Below are positions 1-9,197 of a DNA stretch of 64,000 bases, piece by piece. The notes beneath the pieces are model-generated. The model did not search any database. It worked only from the letters and a program-made list of their open reading frames with translations, and was not told where the DNA came from. Source of the stretch: an uncultured Collinsella sp. (GTDB lineage: Bacteria; Actinomycetota; Coriobacteriia; Coriobacteriales; Coriobacteriaceae); the NCBI GenBank assembly GCA_902494345.1, contig CABUSV010000013.1, positions 5,482 through 69,481 on the forward strand. The letters run 5' to 3'. How positions within the stretch are numbered: the stretch's first letter is position 1; every line of letters starts with the position of its first letter. The position numbers were made by a program, and so were the translations under genes.

Positions 1-200
1 TGTACGAAGCACTCGGGGCTCAAATAAACGCCCGCACCGATGCTGAGGGAAGCGCCCGCGCCCAAAATCACTCGTGCGCCCTTGCCCAGGTACAATGGTT
101 TGCCTGAGGCGATCTTGAGCCGATTTCCGGTCACAATGCGCACTCTGGCAACCCGTAGGGCGGAAGCACCCCATTTAAGCGCCTTAGCAATTTTGTTCAT
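1..200 (-). CDS. Partial CDS (N-terminus only), probable hexapeptide-repeat (LbH) O-acyltransferase of the polysaccharide locus
   Basis: Not in the ORF track. Read manually from ATG at 200 (overlapping the licD end): MNKIAKALKWGASALRVARVRIVTGNRLKIASGKPLYLGKGARVILGAGASLSIGAGVYLSPECFV, open to the window edge; LGxGA/IGxGV hexapeptide-like pattern. Confidence 0.6.
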   Translation of the reverse strand, partial: MNKIAKALKWGASALRVARVRIVTGNRLKIASGKPLYLGKGARVILGAGASLSIGAGVYLSPECFV

Positions 201-1059
201 CAGTGCTTCCGCTTCTCGTAGGGTCGAAGTTGTTGGAAGCACTGACGCGCCAGGCCTTCAACTCATGCGCAATACGTTTGTCGGCAGGCGGGAGTGACAT
301 ATAGTCCCCATACATTATCGAGAGATAGCGGTCCGCATCCTCAAAGCCAAAGAACCGTTCGTTTTCGAATTCGTATTCAACCAAGTTGCTAAACAGGCTT
401 GCGGGGAAAACTTCCAGCGACTGGCTGACCGCCCAAGCCAGATTGGCAGCAGTGCCGATAGTCGAAAAGGAACCGTTATCCGTCATCGTTCTTAGCTTGC
501 CGAGAGCCCACTGTTGCAGAGGGGTGTGCCTGGCAATCGTGCCGAAGACGGTTTTGAAGCAGCCAGCAACTCCTGGCTGTCCCGAGCTCCATCTTGATGC
601 TTGGAACAGGTGCTTATATCGAACTGCTGCGTCCCAGGCTTTGTTGGCTTCGGCCTCGCTTTCGAAAGAGACGATCGGGAAGATATCGATCCACACATAT
701 TCGCGGATGCCCTCTGCAATGAATGCAGACTTTACCTCAATGCTGGTATCCACCAGTTTTTCAAAAGGAATCGCAGCAGAAACTTTAGAGTTCAGCTGGC
801 TGGCAAGCTTGACATGAGATAACTCTGCTCCAGCACGTGAACCGAAACTATTTTGAAATTTCCTATAATCCTCAACAGGCATAACGACATCGATATCGTC
901 ATCCCAGGGAATGAACCCCTTGTGCCTAACCGCACCGAGCAGAGTTCCGGAGCCCATTGAGTATCGCAGATTGTTCTCTCGGCAGTAGGAGTCGAAAATG
1001 CGAAGGAGACGTAGTTCGGCATCTTTCACCTCTTGCATGGATAAATATTCAGTCGGCAT
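184..1059 (-). CDS. LicD-family phosphotransferase
   Basis: GTLLGAVRHKGFIPWDDDIDV signature, WIDIFP, C-terminal YLSIMYGDYMSLPP. Confidence 0.92.
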   Translation of the reverse strand: MPTEYLSMQEVKDAELRLLRIFDSYCRENNLRYSMGSGTLLGAVRHKGFIPWDDDIDVVMPVEDYRKFQNSFGSRAGAELSHVKLASQLNSKVSAAIPFEKLVDTSIEVKSAFIAEGIREYVWIDIFPIVSFESEAEANKAWDAAVRYKHLFQASRWSSGQPGVAGCFKTVFGTIARHTPLQQWALGKLRTMTDNGSFSTIGTAANLAWAVSQSLEVFPASLFSNLVEYEFENERFFGFEDADRYLSIMYGDYMSLPPADKRIAHELKAWRVSASNNFDPTRSGSTDEQNC

Positions 1060-1060
1060 A

Positions 1061-2170
1061 TTACGCCCCTTTAGTCATATTTCTATAGCGATCAGAGAGC
1101 TGCTTGTAGAGCGACCGCGTGGTGTAACCCGCTTTATCAAGAAACGGAACGTAGTCGACCTTGGCTGTAATTTCCCTTTTTCCGGCGCAGGCTTCCAGCA
1201 GATCGGCCCACTCCTTGTCGGAAAGCGAAAGCCCTGCTCGCTGGAGAAGGCCCGTCAGATCGGCCTCCTGGGTAACCGCGTCAGAGCTGAGGATGGGCAA
1301 GCCGTTAGCCTGTGCTTCTATGAAGGCTATCGGGAGCCCCTCGTGGAAAGAAGGTGCGAGCAGCGCGTCCATGGCACTGTAGTACCTCCAGATATCGTCA
1401 ACGGTACCGATGAAAACCGCCGATTCGCCCAGCCCCAATTTAGCTGCCTTCTCCTTCGCCAGGGGAAGTTCCTCAGCTTGGCCGAAGAGCAGAAGGCGGT
1501 CATCGGCATCCCTGGACCGCAGCTGATTGAAAATATCGAGGGCTCGCAGGGTATTTTTTGCAGGAATGCCTGCCCCCACAAAACCAATGACGGCAGCATC
1601 GCCCGGGATCCCAAGCCGATGCCTAACGGCGGCCCGGTCAGAGGACGAGAATCGGAATTTTTCAGTATCGACCCCGTTGTGTACCAAGGCATAGTCAGCG
1701 CCCTGAAAAAGATATCCACCTGCGACCTCGCTGCATGCCCAGCGCTCACTCGCCGCCGGTAGAAACCTATCTATCATGGCCACGTTGACCATATTCTTCA
1801 AACGCGAAGCGCTGCCAAGCGCGCTGTTATGGCAGTGCACGATGCGCGCTGGAACTCCTGCCTTTTTGGCTTCTGAGGCGAAGACGAAGCCGAGCGCATT
1901 GTTCGTGTGAATCTGAACGATATCGAAACGGTGCTTCGATAGAAAAGCGTCAAGGCGCTTCGCCCCCAGAGTGCCAACCAGTAGCGGGCTGTAGCTATCG
2001 ATTAAAGGACCGAAGAATCGCTCTCCGAACCTATCCCCTTCGACTCTTCCCACCGACAGCACGCTCTGCTCGATATCGGGAGCCGGGCAATCGAGCATCG
2101 TGGAGACGAAAGTCCTCACCCCGCCCCTTCCGGGCCCTAGCTGTTGAATGATGTGCAGGACCCGAATCAT
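1061..2170 (-). CDS. Glycosyltransferase family 4 (EpsF/CapH-like)
   Basis: RIVHCHN, HNGVDTEKFRF, PSFHEGLPIAFIEAQANGLP (EX7E motif). Confidence 0.9.
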   Translation of the reverse strand: MIRVLHIIQQLGPGRGGVRTFVSTMLDCPAPDIEQSVLSVGRVEGDRFGERFFGPLIDSYSPLLVGTLGAKRLDAFLSKHRFDIVQIHTNNALGFVFASEAKKAGVPARIVHCHNSALGSASRLKNMVNVAMIDRFLPAASERWACSEVAGGYLFQGADYALVHNGVDTEKFRFSSSDRAAVRHRLGIPGDAAVIGFVGAGIPAKNTLRALDIFNQLRSRDADDRLLLFGQAEELPLAKEKAAKLGLGESAVFIGTVDDIWRYYSAMDALLAPSFHEGLPIAFIEAQANGLPILSSDAVTQEADLTGLLQRAGLSLSDKEWADLLEACAGKREITAKVDYVPFLDKAGYTTRSLYKQLSDRYRNMTKGA

Positions 2171-3276
2171 CGCGACCGGCCAGCCAGCACGTCCGCAATC
2201 CGCTCGCTCGCATGCCCGTCTCCGTAGGGGTTGGAGGCGTGGCTCATGGCTTCGTACTCAGACTCGTCAGAGAGCAGGCGGCTGAACTCACGATAGATGA
2301 CGTCCTCCTCGGTGCCCACGAGTTTCAGCGTGCCGGCCGCCACACCCTCGGGACGTTCGGTGGTGTCGCGCATCACGAGCACAGGCTTGCCTAGGCTAGG
2401 CGCCTCCTCCTGGATTCCGCCCGAGTCGGTCAGGATGAGGTGGCTCGCGGCCATGAAGTTGTGGAAGTCGAGAACCTCGAGCGGGTCGATGATGTGAAGT
2501 CGGTCGAAGCCGTCCAACTCCTCGTGCGCTGCCTTGCGGACGAGCGGGTTCATGTGGATGGGGTAGATCGCCTTGGTGTCGGGATGCTCCTCCATCACGC
2601 GGCGGATGGCGCGGAACATGCGGTGCATGGGCTCTCCCAGGTTCTCGCGGCGGTGCGCCGTGATGAGGATGAGACGCGAGCCCTCCGCCCACTCGAGCTC
2701 GGGGTGGGTATAGCCATCGCGAACGGTGGTGCGCAGGGCGTCGATGCCGGTGTTTCCGGTGACCCAGATCTTGGACTCGGGCTTGCCCTCGTCGAGCAGA
2801 TTCTGCTTGCTTGCCTCCGTGGGGGCGAAGTAGTACTCGCTCACGATATCGACCGCCTGACGGTTGAACTCCTCCGGCCAGGGACTGTAGATGTCGTGCG
2901 TGCGCAGGCCGGCCTCCACGTGGCCCACGGGGATCTGCAGGTAGAAGCACGCGAGCGCAGCGGCGAAGCTGGTCGTGGTGTCGCCGTGGGCCAGGACCAC
3001 GGCGGGCCTCTCGTTCTCGAGGACGGCCTTGAGCTTGAGCAGTACGTCGCACGTTACGTCGAACAGCGTCTGGCCCGGCTTCATGATTGCCAGGTCGTGG
3101 TCGGGCGTTACGTCGAAGACGCGCAGCACCTGGTCGAGCATCTCGCGATGCTGGCCGGTCACGGTCACGACGGTCTCGAACTCATCAGCGCGCGCCTTCA
3201 GCTCGTTGACGAGCGGGCACATCTTGATCGCCTCCGGGCGGGTTCCGAAGACCAGCATTACTTTCTTCTTAGACAT
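2167..3276 (-). CDS. wecB: UDP-N-acetylglucosamine 2-epimerase (non-hydrolysing)
   Basis: FGTRPEAIKM, HVEAGLRT, TDSGGIQEEAPSLGKP, NPYGDG. Confidence 0.97.
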   Translation of the reverse strand: MSKKKVMLVFGTRPEAIKMCPLVNELKARADEFETVVTVTGQHREMLDQVLRVFDVTPDHDLAIMKPGQTLFDVTCDVLLKLKAVLENERPAVVLAHGDTTTSFAAALACFYLQIPVGHVEAGLRTHDIYSPWPEEFNRQAVDIVSEYYFAPTEASKQNLLDEGKPESKIWVTGNTGIDALRTTVRDGYTHPELEWAEGSRLILITAHRRENLGEPMHRMFRAIRRVMEEHPDTKAIYPIHMNPLVRKAAHEELDGFDRLHIIDPLEVLDFHNFMAASHLILTDSGGIQEEAPSLGKPVLVMRDTTERPEGVAAGTLKLVGTEEDVIYREFSRLLSDESEYEAMSHASNPYGDGHASERIADVLAGRSR

Positions 3277-4075
3277 TGGCCTTGCTCCTCTTTGACTCCT
3301 TGCGGAGAAGCATGTAGAAACGGGTGTTGCCGACCACGTAGCGCTTCACCAGGCGCTTGGGCTCCTGCATCATGCGGAATAGCCACTCCAGGTTCGCTCG
3401 CTGCATCCACATCGGGGCGCGCGGGATGTTGCCGGAGACGACGTCGAACGAGCCCCCCACGCCCACGAAAGCGCCCTTGGCGCCCAACTCGCGGAAACGC
3501 TCGATCAGGCGTTCCTTCTTGGGCGAGGTGATGCCCACGAACACGATGTCGGGCTCGGCCTGCTCAACCTCGGCGACCACGGCATCGAACTCGTCGTCAC
3601 CGAAGTAGCCGTCACGGTAGCCCGCGAGGACCATATTGGGATACCTCTCGGACAGGACCTCGGCGGTCTCGGCGACCACCTCGGCCTTGGCACCCAGCAG
3701 GTAGACCCTGTGCCCCTCGCGCTCGGCCAGCCCGCACAGCTCCCACATGAGATCGATGCCAGCCACGCGCCCGGGAAGGTCCACGCCTAGTTTCCTGGCG
3801 GCCATGACCATGGAGGCGCCATCTGCGTTAACGATCTCGCAGCGGCGCACGCACGCGTCCATCTCGGGATCGTCGCGCATCTGCAGCAGCTTGTCGGCGT
3901 TCACGCCGATCAGGTGGGCGAAGCGCCCCTCCTTGATGAGGGCGTCGGTCGCCTCGACGGTCTGCCCCATCGTCCAGGGGTCGACTGGTGCGCCCAGGAC
4001 TTCGACTCGCCCGGGAAGATCAACCGCTGAACAGGTGCCTTCGTATTTCTCTGGTGTCTCTTTAGCAAGCGCCAT
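3269..4075 (-). CDS. WecG/TagA/CpsF-family glycosyltransferase (ManNAc transferase-like)
   Basis: NADGASMV, GRVAGIDL, VGVGGSFDV, RAPMWMQRANLEWLFRMMQEPKRL; ATG 4075 chosen. Confidence 0.92.
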   Translation of the reverse strand: MALAKETPEKYEGTCSAVDLPGRVEVLGAPVDPWTMGQTVEATDALIKEGRFAHLIGVNADKLLQMRDDPEMDACVRRCEIVNADGASMVMAARKLGVDLPGRVAGIDLMWELCGLAEREGHRVYLLGAKAEVVAETAEVLSERYPNMVLAGYRDGYFGDDEFDAVVAEVEQAEPDIVFVGITSPKKERLIERFRELGAKGAFVGVGGSFDVVSGNIPRAPMWMQRANLEWLFRMMQEPKRLVKRYVVGNTRFYMLLRKESKRSKANV

Positions 4076-4826
4076 TTCCGCTGACAACCTCAATCACAGT
4101 GAGTAGGATTATTTTCAAATCGAAGAAAACGCCCCGTTTGGCGATATATTCCAGGTCGCGACGGACCATGCCGTCGAATCCCGTCGAGTTGCGCTCAGTG
4201 ACCTGCCACCAGCCGGTAATACCTGGTTTCACTGCCAGGCGCTGCAGGTCGTACTCGGTGTACTCCGCGACCTCGTTGGGCAGCGGCGGGCGCGGGCCGA
4301 CGACGGACATCTGGCCCAGAAATACGTTCAGGAACTGCGGGAACTCGTCGATGGAGTGCTTACGGATGAACTTGCCGATCCTGGTGACGCGCGGGTCTTC
4401 CTTCATCTTGAACATGGCACCGGCGATCTCGTTCTGCTCCTTGAGATCTGCCAGGCGCTCGTCGGCGTCCTTGTACATGGAGCGGAACTTCCACATGCGG
4501 AAGGTTGACAGGCTGCCATCGCGGTGGGTCTGGCCCACGCGGATCTGGCTGTAGAAGGGGTTGCCCTCGCTCTCAAGGCGGATGGCCGCGGCAAGCACAA
4601 GGCTGGGAACGGAAATGACGGCCAGCACGCAGCCGCTGAACACGACGTCAAAGGCGCGCTTAACGGCGCGGTAGACCAGGCGCGAACGATCCCAGTCCAT
4701 GATGGATTGCATGGCCTTGTAACGGCCGACGCCCTCACGCCGGTCCATGGCCTGAGCAATCAGTGCCGCCCCCACGGGCGCATCAGTTGCATATTGATTT
4801 TTATCCGGCACGTTCTCTTCCAACAC
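4062..4826 (-). CDS. Priming sugar transferase (CpsE/WbaP catalytic domain)
   Basis: KRAFDVVFS, KFRSMY, DPRVTRIGKFIRKHSIDEFPQFLNV, VVGPRP, KPGITGWWQV; start uncertain. Confidence 0.92.
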   Translation of the reverse strand: MLEENVPDKNQYATDAPVGAALIAQAMDRREGVGRYKAMQSIMDWDRSRLVYRAVKRAFDVVFSGCVLAVISVPSLVLAAAIRLESEGNPFYSQIRVGQTHRDGSLSTFRMWKFRSMYKDADERLADLKEQNEIAGAMFKMKEDPRVTRIGKFIRKHSIDEFPQFLNVFLGQMSVVGPRPPLPNEVAEYTEYDLQRLAVKPGITGWWQVTERNSTGFDGMVRRDLEYIAKRGVFFDLKIILLTVIEVVSGNGAC

Positions 4827-4877
4827 TTCGTCCCCGCGTCGGGGATCCTCCCTGTTCTGTGTGGCGACCGCCAGCAG

Positions 4878-5423
4878 CTAGGCGATTGCCTTTTTGATGT
4901 TGCGCATGGCGCGCTGCTCGTTTGAAAGCACCGCGAGGCCGACGCGAGTGGTTACGCGTCGGCCGCACAGATCGAGCTCCAAATAAGCAGTGCTCTTGCG
5001 TCTGTTAATGGTTTTGATAAGGCCTTCGTGGCCCAGCAGCGGACCTGCCGTTACTACGACCTGGTCGCCGTCTTTTAGGGCTTCGCTCATGGGCACTACG
5101 CGGTCTCCCCTATGCGTAAAGCCGCCAATAAGCTGGACCTCTTCTTTTGCCAGCGGCACAAACTGACCGTCCTGGGCAAGCACTCGGGCAAAGTCGTCCA
5201 TGCGTAGCAGATACTGTTGCACGGTTCGGGGATCTGCCGTATCGCAGATAAGATAACCGGGAAAGAGCGGCTTGGTCGTATTGACCCATTCGCCGTGTAC
5301 TTTAATCTCAGTTTGAAATTGGGGATAAAAGAGCTCCTGCATGGCACCAGCCGGCACCATGCGCTCGATGCGCTCGCGCATCACGTCTTCGCGACCGTTA
5401 ATGACCTGAATCACATACCACAC
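4878..5423 (-). CDS. loaP: NusG-paralogue antiterminator (LoaP/UpxY type)
   Basis: MWYVIQV start, PLFPGYL in the NGN domain, KOW motif GDQVVVTAGPLLGHEG; first gene of a polysaccharide operon; RBS AAGGGGG about 8 nt upstream of GTG 5423 (alternative start 5432). Confidence 0.8.
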   Translation of the reverse strand: MWYVIQVINGREDVMRERIERMVPAGAMQELFYPQFQTEIKVHGEWVNTTKPLFPGYLICDTADPRTVQQYLLRMDDFARVLAQDGQFVPLAKEEVQLIGGFTHRGDRVVPMSEALKDGDQVVVTAGPLLGHEGLIKTINRRKSTAYLELDLCGRRVTTRVGLAVLSNEQRAMRNIKKAIA

Positions 5424-5879
5424 GAGCACCACCCCCTTGCTGTCTTACGTGTGGCTCACGGGGTTTGGGTATGGCTTCGCCAGGACGCTTGTGCGCGAAG
5501 GCGCTCCATATTCAAACCCTGAGCCCAGTTAGACAAGCACGTGGCTCTGCCCCACCGTGAACGGTATGTATAAAAGCAGCGCTGAGGTCACAGGCACGTA
5601 TCGCAAGAATGCCTATAACCTCAGCTGACTGCGTGCGAGCCGGTCAAGTGATTTCAAAACTGGACCGCACGCAAACAGCTGAGGGACTGCTACGTATTGG
5701 CATGCAATCTAATATTTTGCATTTGAGAATAAACTCAATACAAATAAACGACGTCGCATGACCTCTTTATTGGAGCTCGTGGTGTTTCTAGCACCGCCGT
5801 TACGGCCGGATGCTGATCGACCCTGTGCTTTGTGACTTGCTAGAGCCGTGAGCACAGTTGAACTCATGTAACGTTAGGT

Positions 5880-5888
5880 ATCTTAGCA
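5880..5888 (-). promoter_or_regulatory. Putative extended -10 promoter (TGcTAAGAT) for the loaP/polysaccharide operon, implying a leader of about 450 nt
   Basis: Reverse complement of ATCTTAGCA; no ORF of 60 aa or more on the minus strand between here and loaP. Confidence 0.4.
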
Positions 5889-6309
5889 CAAGCTGTTAGT
5901 GAAACTGATTTGGGCTGCGTTGGACAACATATCGTTCATTTGACGTGCTTAAGGGGGTTGTTTTGGGATGTTGTTCACATTGATGCAGGTTATTGAGTTA
6001 CTGGCGGTAATTAGGGGCGTTTCTGAAGCCTAAATGAAGCAGCGAGCTGCGCCGATAATCGCTTTTGTATAACAAACTATGTACAAACATGGGAAATAAA
6101 TTGTGCAACTTTTTATGGGGTGGGCGCGGGCGTCGCATTGCGAAGATACGCATCGCACAATAGGCGCGCCTGACTACAGAGTCAACACATTTTGAGGCGG
6201 TTTGTTGGACTACTTTTGGGATGCAGCTAGTTGTGGGCGTACGGTTTATCGGGCGAGGTTAACGACCCCGTCTCCAAGTGCGAGGTTCACCGAAAATGGA
6301 AGAAAATAC

Positions 6310-6341
6310 ATATAGAACATGCGTTCTATATCTGATAGAAT
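6310..6341 (+). promoter_or_regulatory. LexA/SOS-like operator (GAAC-N4-GTTC) abutting an extended -10 (TGaTAGAAT)
   Basis: ATATAGAAC-ATGC-GTTCTATAT with perfect 9-bp arms at 6310-6331; TG 6333-6334 and TAGAAT 6336-6341. Confidence 0.7.
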
Positions 6342-6344
6342 AGA

Positions 6345-6530
6345 GTCAAAGGTATACGGGCAACGTGAGCCGGTACGGAGGCCCCCAATGGTACGTATCG
6401 GCGAGATGGATGGTGTATTCACAGCTACCGTCACTCAGAGCCCTTAGGCAGGTACGCGCCCCTGCTGGCCGACACCCATAAAGCTCGGCAGACAATGTAT
6501 GCATAGCTCTAGATGATTAGCCATCTAGAG
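6345..6530 (+). ncRNA. Candidate structured RNA / 5' leader upstream of the RhuM-Fic gene
   Basis: Nested stems: GGGC 6358/GCCC 6440; GCCGGTACG 6369/CGTATCGGC 6394; GATGGT 6409/ACCGTC 6427; GCAGG 6448/CCTGC 6461; GCCGA 6468/TCGGC 6485; CTCTAGATG 6507/CATCTAGAG 6522. Confidence 0.5.
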
Positions 6531-6550
6531 GGTCTTTATGGAGCGTAACA

Positions 6551-7471
6551 ATGAACGACAATCAAATTGTTCTCTTTGAATCCAGCGACCAAGAGGTCAC
6601 GATTCCCGTCAATCTAGACAACCAAACGGTTTGGCTGACTCAAGCCCAAATGGCACAGCTATTTGACAGGTCTATCGGAGTGGTTTCGCGCCATATTAAA
6701 AACGTCTTTGCTGAAGGTGAGCTTGAGCAGAAAAGCAATTTGCATATTTTGCAAAAATGCAGCTCAGATCGTCCAACTACTCTGTATAGCCTTGATGTAA
6801 TCATTTCTGTAGGTTACCGCGTTAAATCCCAACGTGGCGTTGAATTCCGGCGTTGGGCAACTAATGTGCTCCATAGATATATTATTCAAGGCCATGTCGA
6901 AAATGAGCGTAGACTCGAGCAGTTAGGGACAGTCGCGCAGATTATTGAACGTCTACCCGAGGACCTCGGTTCTCGCGAGATACTCGATATTGTTGAGAGC
7001 TATATAGATGTCTTTAAACTGCTCGATGAGTACGATCGTGAATCCATTGATCGGCCCAAGGGACAAACTGCGGTATACATACTCGAATACGAGCTCTGTA
7101 TGAGATTAATAGCCCAAATGCGCAGCCGATTTACGAGCGACCTGTTTGGCGTAGAGAAAGATGAGTCCTTCCGCAGCAGTATCTCGGTAATCAACCAGTC
7201 GTTTGGTGGCCAAGACCTCTATCTATCCGTACAGGAAAAAGCAGCAAATCTGTTGTACCTCATCATCAAAAACCATTCATTTCTCGATGGAAACAAGCGA
7301 ATCGGCTGCAGCCTCTTTCTCTACTATCTAGATCGCAACGGACTGCTTTTTCGCGGCTTAGACAAACGAATCGCAGACAGCACGCTTGTTGCTGTCGCGC
7401 TAATGATTGCTGAGTCGAGACCTGAAGAAAAAGAGTCCATGGTCTCGCTGGTTATGAATTTTTTGGAGTAG
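6551..7471 (+). CDS. RhuM-family (COG3943-like) protein with C-terminal Fic/Doc domain
   Basis: N-terminal TVWLTQAQMAQLF...SRHIKNVF...YSLDVIISVGYRVKSQRGVEFRRWA; Fic/Doc motif HSFLDGNKRIG; visibly lower GC than flanking core genes. Confidence 0.88.
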   Translation: MNDNQIVLFESSDQEVTIPVNLDNQTVWLTQAQMAQLFDRSIGVVSRHIKNVFAEGELEQKSNLHILQKCSSDRPTTLYSLDVIISVGYRVKSQRGVEFRRWATNVLHRYIIQGHVENERRLEQLGTVAQIIERLPEDLGSREILDIVESYIDVFKLLDEYDRESIDRPKGQTAVYILEYELCMRLIAQMRSRFTSDLFGVEKDESFRSSISVINQSFGGQDLYLSVQEKAANLLYLIIKNHSFLDGNKRIGCSLFLYYLDRNGLLFRGLDKRIADSTLVAVALMIAESRPEEKESMVSLVMNFLE

Positions 7472-7533
7472 ATAAAGAAGCTGGCGCACAACCTCGTATT
7501 TAGGGTCAGGTTTCAATCTGCCGGTTTGGGAAC

Positions 7534-7566
7534 ATCCCCATTTAGAGCCTATCCCTAAATGGGGAT
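7534..7566 (+). terminator. Hairpin downstream of RhuM-Fic
   Basis: ATCCCCATTTAG / CTAAATGGGGAT 12-bp inverted repeat. Confidence 0.5.
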
Positions 7567-7579
7567 CAAAAGATATTGC

Positions 7580-7608
7580 AAAAAAAGCCACTCAATCGAG
7601 TGGTCTTG
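7580..7608 (-). terminator. Intrinsic terminator after tRNA-Ala
   Basis: Minus strand GACCACTCGATTGAGTGGC followed by a T7 run. Confidence 0.75.
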
Positions 7609-7617
7609 CATTCACGA

Positions 7618-7693
7618 TGGTGGAGACGAGGGGGATCGAACCCCTGACCTCTTGACTGCCAGTCAAGCACTCTCCCAGCTGAGCTACGCCCCC
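7618..7693 (-). tRNA. tRNA-Ala (GGC)
   Basis: GGGGGCGTAGCTCAGCTGGGAGAGTGCTTGACTGGCAGTCAAGAGGTCAGGGGTTCGATCCCCCTCGTCTCCACCA; anticodon GGC, G3:U70 alanine identity pair, encoded CCA. Confidence 0.97.
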
Positions 7694-7795
7694 GTGACGT
7701 GGAAATACTATAGGGGAAGATCTTCGGGGATGCAAGAGGTTTTTGTTGAAACTTTTTCTTACGGGTTTTCCTGGGACGGGGCAAAAATAATCACT

Positions 7796-8476
7796 CTACG
7801 AGCGATTATTTTTATCCACCGTCCCGATAAAACCCTGATGCAGCAAATAACAGATTGCGACGCCTTGGTGGACTTGAATCTCGGCCGTTTTCCGGACGAC
7901 ATTAGAGATGCCCGTGTCGGCCAACAGACCCAGGGGGCTGTGATCTAGTTCCCACTCTAAGCCGTGTTCGCTTACCTCGGTGTTGGTGGCGATTGCGATT
8001 ATGGAGAACGTCTTGCCTTCGGCACCTTCGATGGTCCACGATTCGCCTCCGTGCAGGATTCGGGCCGTGGTCTCGTCTTCGGCAATCCAGATTGGGGCGC
8101 CCTCGTAGCCCGCGAGCAAGCCCAGTACGGAAAGAGCCATGTCCGGACGGCCGCCGGTGGCGCAGGTCGCGACCACTTCGGAACCCGGCCAGCGACGGCG
8201 GACGGAATCGAGCGCCAGTGCCAAATCGGTATAGTCCTTGTACGGGTCGTGGCGCTCTACTTCGAAGTCATTGGCGGCTTCGACTAACGCTCGGCCCTTA
8301 TCGCTTACCGTGTCGGCGTCCCCTACATATACATCGCAGCCCAGGCCGGCGCCCAGCAGCGCATCGAGCCCGCGGTCCACGGCGACAACGTGGTCGCACC
8401 CCCCTGCTAGCCTACGCAACAGATCCGCGCTCGCCACCACGGGTGAGCCGCAGACCACTAATACCTTGCAACCCAC
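7796..8476 (-). CDS. thiN: Thiamine pyrophosphokinase
   Basis: VVAVDRG, VGDADT, KDYTDLALA, ATGGRPD, GLEWEL...GISN. Confidence 0.85.
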   Translation of the reverse strand: MGCKVLVVCGSPVVASADLLRRLAGGCDHVVAVDRGLDALLGAGLGCDVYVGDADTVSDKGRALVEAANDFEVERHDPYKDYTDLALALDSVRRRWPGSEVVATCATGGRPDMALSVLGLLAGYEGAPIWIAEDETTARILHGGESWTIEGAEGKTFSIIAIATNTEVSEHGLEWELDHSPLGLLADTGISNVVRKTAEIQVHQGVAICYLLHQGFIGTVDKNNRS

Positions 8477-8485
8477 AGCCCTCGC

Positions 8486-9175
8486 CTATCCCTCAAACGA
8501 AAGCACACGGGCCAGTTCCAGGTCCTCGTAGCTGTCGATAAAGATATCGCAGTTGGCGCGCACATCGTCGCGCTTCATACGGCCGTGCGGGTCATAGATG
8601 CCCACGCGCTTAAGGCCTGCGGCTCCAGAGCTCTTAAGGCCAAACACGGCGTCCTCAAACACCCATGTGCGCTCAAACTTGTGCCCATGGCGCTCCTCCA
8701 GGCGGCGCAGCGCCAGCTCGTATACATCGGGGAACTGTTTGGAGCGACCTGCCTCGCCCGTGGTGGTCACAAACTCCATGTAGGCATCGAGCCCGGCGCC
8801 CGCAAGCGCAGACGTAACCAGCTCGGCCGGAGTGGACGTAGCCACGCACATGGCAATACCCGCCGCCTTCGCCTGCTCCAAAAACGCCAGGAGACCCTCG
8901 CGCGGCGGCACCTTGGAGTACCCATCAATCAGAATATTGCTCAGTTCACGATATAGTTCCTCGCCATTCGCGCCAATGCCCCACGTGTCGTGGTAGGCCT
9001 GGCATTCGTCCTCGAGCGAAAGATGCTCAAACTGGGCAAAATCGTCGACCGTCACGTCAACTCCGTGGCGGTGTAATAATTCGGGCTGGGCATAGGCCCA
9101 AACGGGGGTGCTATTAACCAGCGTGCCGTCGCAATCGAAAATAAAAGCAACCTTGGGAGCGGCGGTATGGGACAT
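8486..9175 (-). CDS. HAD-family phosphatase
   Basis: FDCDGTL motif I, VATST, FEDAVFG; ATG 9175. Confidence 0.9.
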   Translation of the reverse strand: MSHTAAPKVAFIFDCDGTLVNSTPVWAYAQPELLHRHGVDVTVDDFAQFEHLSLEDECQAYHDTWGIGANGEELYRELSNILIDGYSKVPPREGLLAFLEQAKAAGIAMCVATSTPAELVTSALAGAGLDAYMEFVTTTGEAGRSKQFPDVYELALRRLEERHGHKFERTWVFEDAVFGLKSSGAAGLKRVGIYDPHGRMKRDDVRANCDIFIDSYEDLELARVLSFEG

Positions 9176-9197
9176 AAACGAACCTTTCGATGTCAAA

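Noticed and set aside
6551..7693. Prophage or integrative element at tRNA-Ala
   Set aside because: No integrase, phage gene or duplicated tRNA 3' end was seen in the window
7559..7948. 129-aa ORF spanning the tRNA
   Set aside because: Overlaps the tRNA-Ala and the thiN 3' end on the opposite strand; spurious
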